DNA of 48,109 nucleotides from Candidatus Thorarchaeota archaeon (GTDB lineage Archaea; Asgardarchaeota; Thorarchaeia; Thorarchaeales; Thorarchaeaceae): NCBI GenBank assembly GCA_004524445.1, contig SDNP01000024.1, positions 1 to 48,109 of the forward strand, read 5' to 3'. Shown piece by piece: positions 45,135 to 48,109 of this stretch (position 1 is its first letter; each line of letters starts with the position of its first letter). The notes under the pieces were generated by a model. It saw only the letters and a program-made list of their open reading frames with translations, ran no database searches and was not told where the DNA came from. The position numbers and the translations under genes were made by a program.

Positions 45135-48109
45135 CTACTCGCCATCAGAGTCTTCATTGTTTTTTTCGGACCCTTTCTTCTTAGCCAAAAGACCTTCGAC
45201 TTCCGAAACAAAAAGCTCCTTCTCATCCACTTCTTCAGGCTCTGGCTCGGGTTCTGCTTCCATTTTCTCTTCAGGCTCAAGGTCACCTGACTCTGCTTCT
45301 TCTTCCGCTTCGGAGATGGCTTCAGTAACTCCGACTGAGGAAACTTCCGCTTCAGTCCCTTCATCTTCGATTTCATCCTCGGAAACAGTCTCTGCAGAGA
45401 TTTCTCGCGATACCACTTTCTTAGCTTCTTCGCTTTCTTCTATGCCCGACATGCCTAGTCCTTGTCGCTGGATGACTGTCTGAATGCCTATTGGCTGGAT
45501 GATTTCATTCTCTTGCATTGAGAGTATTTTATCCAGCATTTCTGCATCTGTTCGTCCGAAGTCTTCTGCCAAATCCGAAAGATGGTCACCGATAAGGAAT
45601 TCTTCACCCTCTATTCTTTCTTGAATGAACTCCACAATTTTTCTCTCAGTGCGACTCGCATCTTTGAGATTTCCAACCGTATGTGGCAATACCCACGAAT
45701 AGTTGAATGCAGAATAGAGGTTCTCAACCACCCAAGCGGGATCAAAGCAATCAACACTACCAACCCATTCATGGAGGTCGGAGTCATATGTTTGTTCAAA
45801 CATCTCTGTGAAGAATTGTAGTCGATCCTTCAAAATCGGTGTCATTTCTCGCTCAAGAATAAGGATGCTGATGATATACCGACCACTATAGCAGTTTAGT
45901 CGCAAGCCCTGATAGTGGATTTCTTCTAGAGACCCTTTCACTCCATTTCCCTTTATCTCACCATACACACTTGTTATAGCCGCAATAAAACCGCTAATCA
46001 AATCGGGTTCAATCCTTGAGTCACGGAATGGATGGTAGAAAACACACGTCCCTCGATCAAGATAGATTGCCATGAAATGCTGGAGCGATTCCAAGTCTTT
46101 GAAGGCCCCAAGTTGCTGCTCTAAGGAGCGAATCTCAGCAAGTTTTTTCGGCTTGTGTTTTCGAGTATATCCGACATATGCCCCAACAAGAACCGTGAAA
46201 GCAATAATCAGGAATAGACCTTCAATAGAGGTAATAAATCCTGCAAAGAGGGTCAGGAGATCAGCACGTTCAACAGATATGTCCTGACGTGAGGTTGTAA
46301 TGGACCACTCTGATTCGCTCCCCACAAATTCGCCCCAAATAGTTAGAGAAGTGGTTGACTCAGGAACATCAAAATTGACCTGGGCGATTCCGTTTTGATT
46401 CGTTATAGCAGTGAGATGAACTAGTTCTTCATCACCGTTGATAGTGAATTCTGCCCAGACACGTATTTCTCTTCCTTCAACAGCGCTTCCGTCTTCGGTT
46501 AGGATAATGGTTACACCGAAACTCCTACCGATTAATGCAGCAGAATCTGGCTGTAAGACAAGTTCATATGTTTGCTTCTCACGAACAGTGAGCCTGACCA
46601 CGACCTGCACAGACTCACAATCTTGTGCCTCGGAATTGATAATTAGAACATAGTCACTTCTGGGGCCGATCTCGGGCCCCATCCATATATTTGCTATGTA
46701 AGCTTCCTGTTCAGAATCATAACTGAAGTTATAGACATTATCACCAAATGTGACTTGTATGTTAGCCCAGTGGATTGTAGCGTCATGATAGGTGTCACGA
46801 AGTTGAACTGACAATTCGAGTGTTTCATTCTCGAAAATGCTCAGACTGCTATCCGTGTCCAAATCTACCGGTACCGAGAGAACTGAAATGTCAAGTTCGG
46901 AAGTTGCAAGAGCATAGCCGACAAGGTCAACAGTGATAGCAAGGGGATAGTTGCCGTTCGATAGAGCATTACTATCTATCTCTAGTAGGTACTGGTTATC
47001 ATCTTCAGTGGTCCAGCTATGACCTCCCGTCCATGAAATTGGGTTGCTAGTGACCGGGATTGTTGTATTGTCTCTAGAATCTAGAAGCGAAACCTGGAAA
47101 CTAGCCGTCGAATTCACATATAGCCAAGTTGATCCAGTGATGTTCAACCACGTTGGGATTTCAAGCACTTCAATGCTGAAGGAGTCAGTCTGAATCACAT
47201 AGCCATAGGCTGACACACTGACAAAGCAGCCATGTGTACCGACACCGAGGTTTGAAGCCTCAAGTGTAATATCCCAGAATGTCCCCCGTTCTGTCGGGGA
47301 TTGAGGGATACCATTCAATTCAAAGCTTACATTGGCTGGAGATATATTGGTTCCATTAAGCAACTCGTAGTAAATCCGAATAGTGGAATCCCCGTCGTAG
47401 TATGGATTTGATTCTGTAACATCCAAAGTGAGTGCTGTTGGAGATTCTATGATAGTAATATTGAGCTCTAGGTGCTGCGTGACAAAACCGTATTTCGTGA
47501 TATTTACATCACAAGCATAGTATCCCAGATCCATCGAATGCTGAATGCTGACAGAGTAAGTTCCATTCAAGAGATCGGATACTGTAAGCTGTGTATCATT
47601 CATCAAGAAATCGACGGTTGCTCCTGTTAGGAATGATGAATTGGATGATGATACGTTAATTGTCCAGAGGCCCGCTTCGGCATATTCAAGCGTAATCTCT
47701 GTCCATAGGGGCGACACTAGAGGTGTATCTTCTACAATCTCCAAGTATTCCATTGATATACCTGTATCATAACCTGTCTTATTTGCACGTACGGTGGCAT
47801 TGTGTATACCCAAATCAATCTCTGATGCCAGTAGTGTAATGTGCCATTTCTCGTCTATGTCGCTATATGTGAGGTCATAGGTACGAGTATCATTCAAAAT
47901 GAGTTGAACTGTTGCACCTAAAATGGGGCTGAAATCGAACGTGTAGGTCACAGTTATGTTGACTACTTCAATATATATGGCATTCAGGTCTGAGGGGGTC
48001 CATTCCACAAAGAATGTATTCGGAGCCTCAGTGATGTTAACTCCAATTGTTGTATTGGTGGCCTGCGCATATCCGTATAACCATGCACTGATATCAGCAT
48101 CAAAGGTAC
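45135..48109 (-). CDS. Large single-pass surface protein: Ig-like repeats, TM, cytoplasmic longin-like plus wHTH-like domains, acidic tail; 5' end lies beyond the window
   Basis: The frame stays open from 48008 to the window end. Repeated beta-rich modules (e.g. NGTYSVSI...LGYY...ITKYGF); TM near 46170-46220; HFMAIY..RG...DLISGFIAAITSVYGEI. Confidence 0.85.
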   Translation of the reverse strand, partial: TFDADISAWLYGYAQATNTTIGVNITEAPNTFFVEWTPSDLNAIYIEVVNITVTYTFDFSPILGATVQLILNDTRTYDLTYSDIDEKWHITLLASEIDLGIHNATVRANKTGYDTGISMEYLEIVEDTPLVSPLWTEITLEYAEAGLWTINVSSSNSSFLTGATVDFLMNDTQLTVSDLLNGTYSVSIQHSMDLGYYACDVNITKYGFVTQHLELNITIIESPTALTLDVTESNPYYDGDSTIRIYYELLNGTNISPANVSFELNGIPQSPTERGTFWDITLEASNLGVGTHGCFVSVSAYGYVIQTDSFSIEVLEIPTWLNITGSTWLYVNSTASFQVSLLDSRDNTTIPVTSNPISWTGGHSWTTEDDNQYLLEIDSNALSNGNYPLAITVDLVGYALATSELDISVLSVPVDLDTDSSLSIFENETLELSVQLRDTYHDATIHWANIQVTFGDNVYNFSYDSEQEAYIANIWMGPEIGPRSDYVLIINSEAQDCESVQVVVRLTVREKQTYELVLQPDSAALIGRSFGVTIILTEDGSAVEGREIRVWAEFTINGDEELVHLTAITNQNGIAQVNFDVPESTTSLTIWGEFVGSESEWSITTSRQDISVERADLLTLFAGFITSIEGLFLIIAFTVLVGAYVGYTRKHKPKKLAEIRSLEQQLGAFKDLESLQHFMAIYLDRGTCVFYHPFRDSRIEPDLISGFIAAITSVYGEIKGNGVKGSLEEIHYQGLRLNCYSGRYIISILILEREMTPILKDRLQFFTEMFEQTYDSDLHEWVGSVDCFDPAWVVENLYSAFNYSWVLPHTVGNLKDASRTERKIVEFIQERIEGEEFLIGDHLSDLAEDFGRTDAEMLDKILSMQENEIIQPIGIQTVIQRQGLGMSGIEESEEAKKVVSREISAETVSEDEIEDEGTEAEVSSVGVTEAISEAEEEAESGDLEPEEKMEAEPEPEPEEVDEKELFVSEVEGLLAKKKGSEKNNEDSDGE

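Noticed and set aside
45095-45483. Lys-rich (45095-45376 -) and Ser-rich (45124-45483 +) ORFs
   Set aside because: These are alternative frames of the Glu-rich low-complexity tail of the large surface protein.

Overview
A gene-dense archaeal chromosomal segment with about 46 CDS and moderate GC. I found no rRNA, tRNA, CRISPR array or mobile element. The gene content best fits an Asgard archaeon, probably Thorarchaeota; this is inferred from protein style, not from a search. Supporting cues are a large Ig-like single-pass surface protein with a cytoplasmic longin-like domain, V4R-like proteins, thiolase/DUF35 pairs and many orphan membrane proteins. Recognisable metabolic genes: class III and class I aminotransferases, panB, glnA with a divergent Lrp regulator, Gln-dependent nadE, a homocitrate/isopropylmalate synthase, acyl-CoA dehydrogenase, two thiolase+DUF35 pairs, SCP2, YhhN, OsmC, gamma-carbonic anhydrase, nitroreductase and DedA/VTT. 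There are also secreted M28 and gluzincin peptidases. Most notable: (1) a P2-type ATPase whose ion-binding PEGL motif is replaced by a flippase-like PINI and whose M6 Asp is His; (2) a ~95-120 nt intergenic long-hairpin ncRNA candidate with its own TATA-like box and a C-rich loop; (3) a receptor-like Ig-TM-longin-wHTH protein; (4) a secreted protein with tandem GIFT/GATase-like domains; (5) a protein with a Vps62/NPP1-like motif; (6) apparent pseudo-enzymes (Cys-less thiolase, degenerate LarA); (7) two dispersed orphan paralog pairs. All family assignments are by manual motif recognition.
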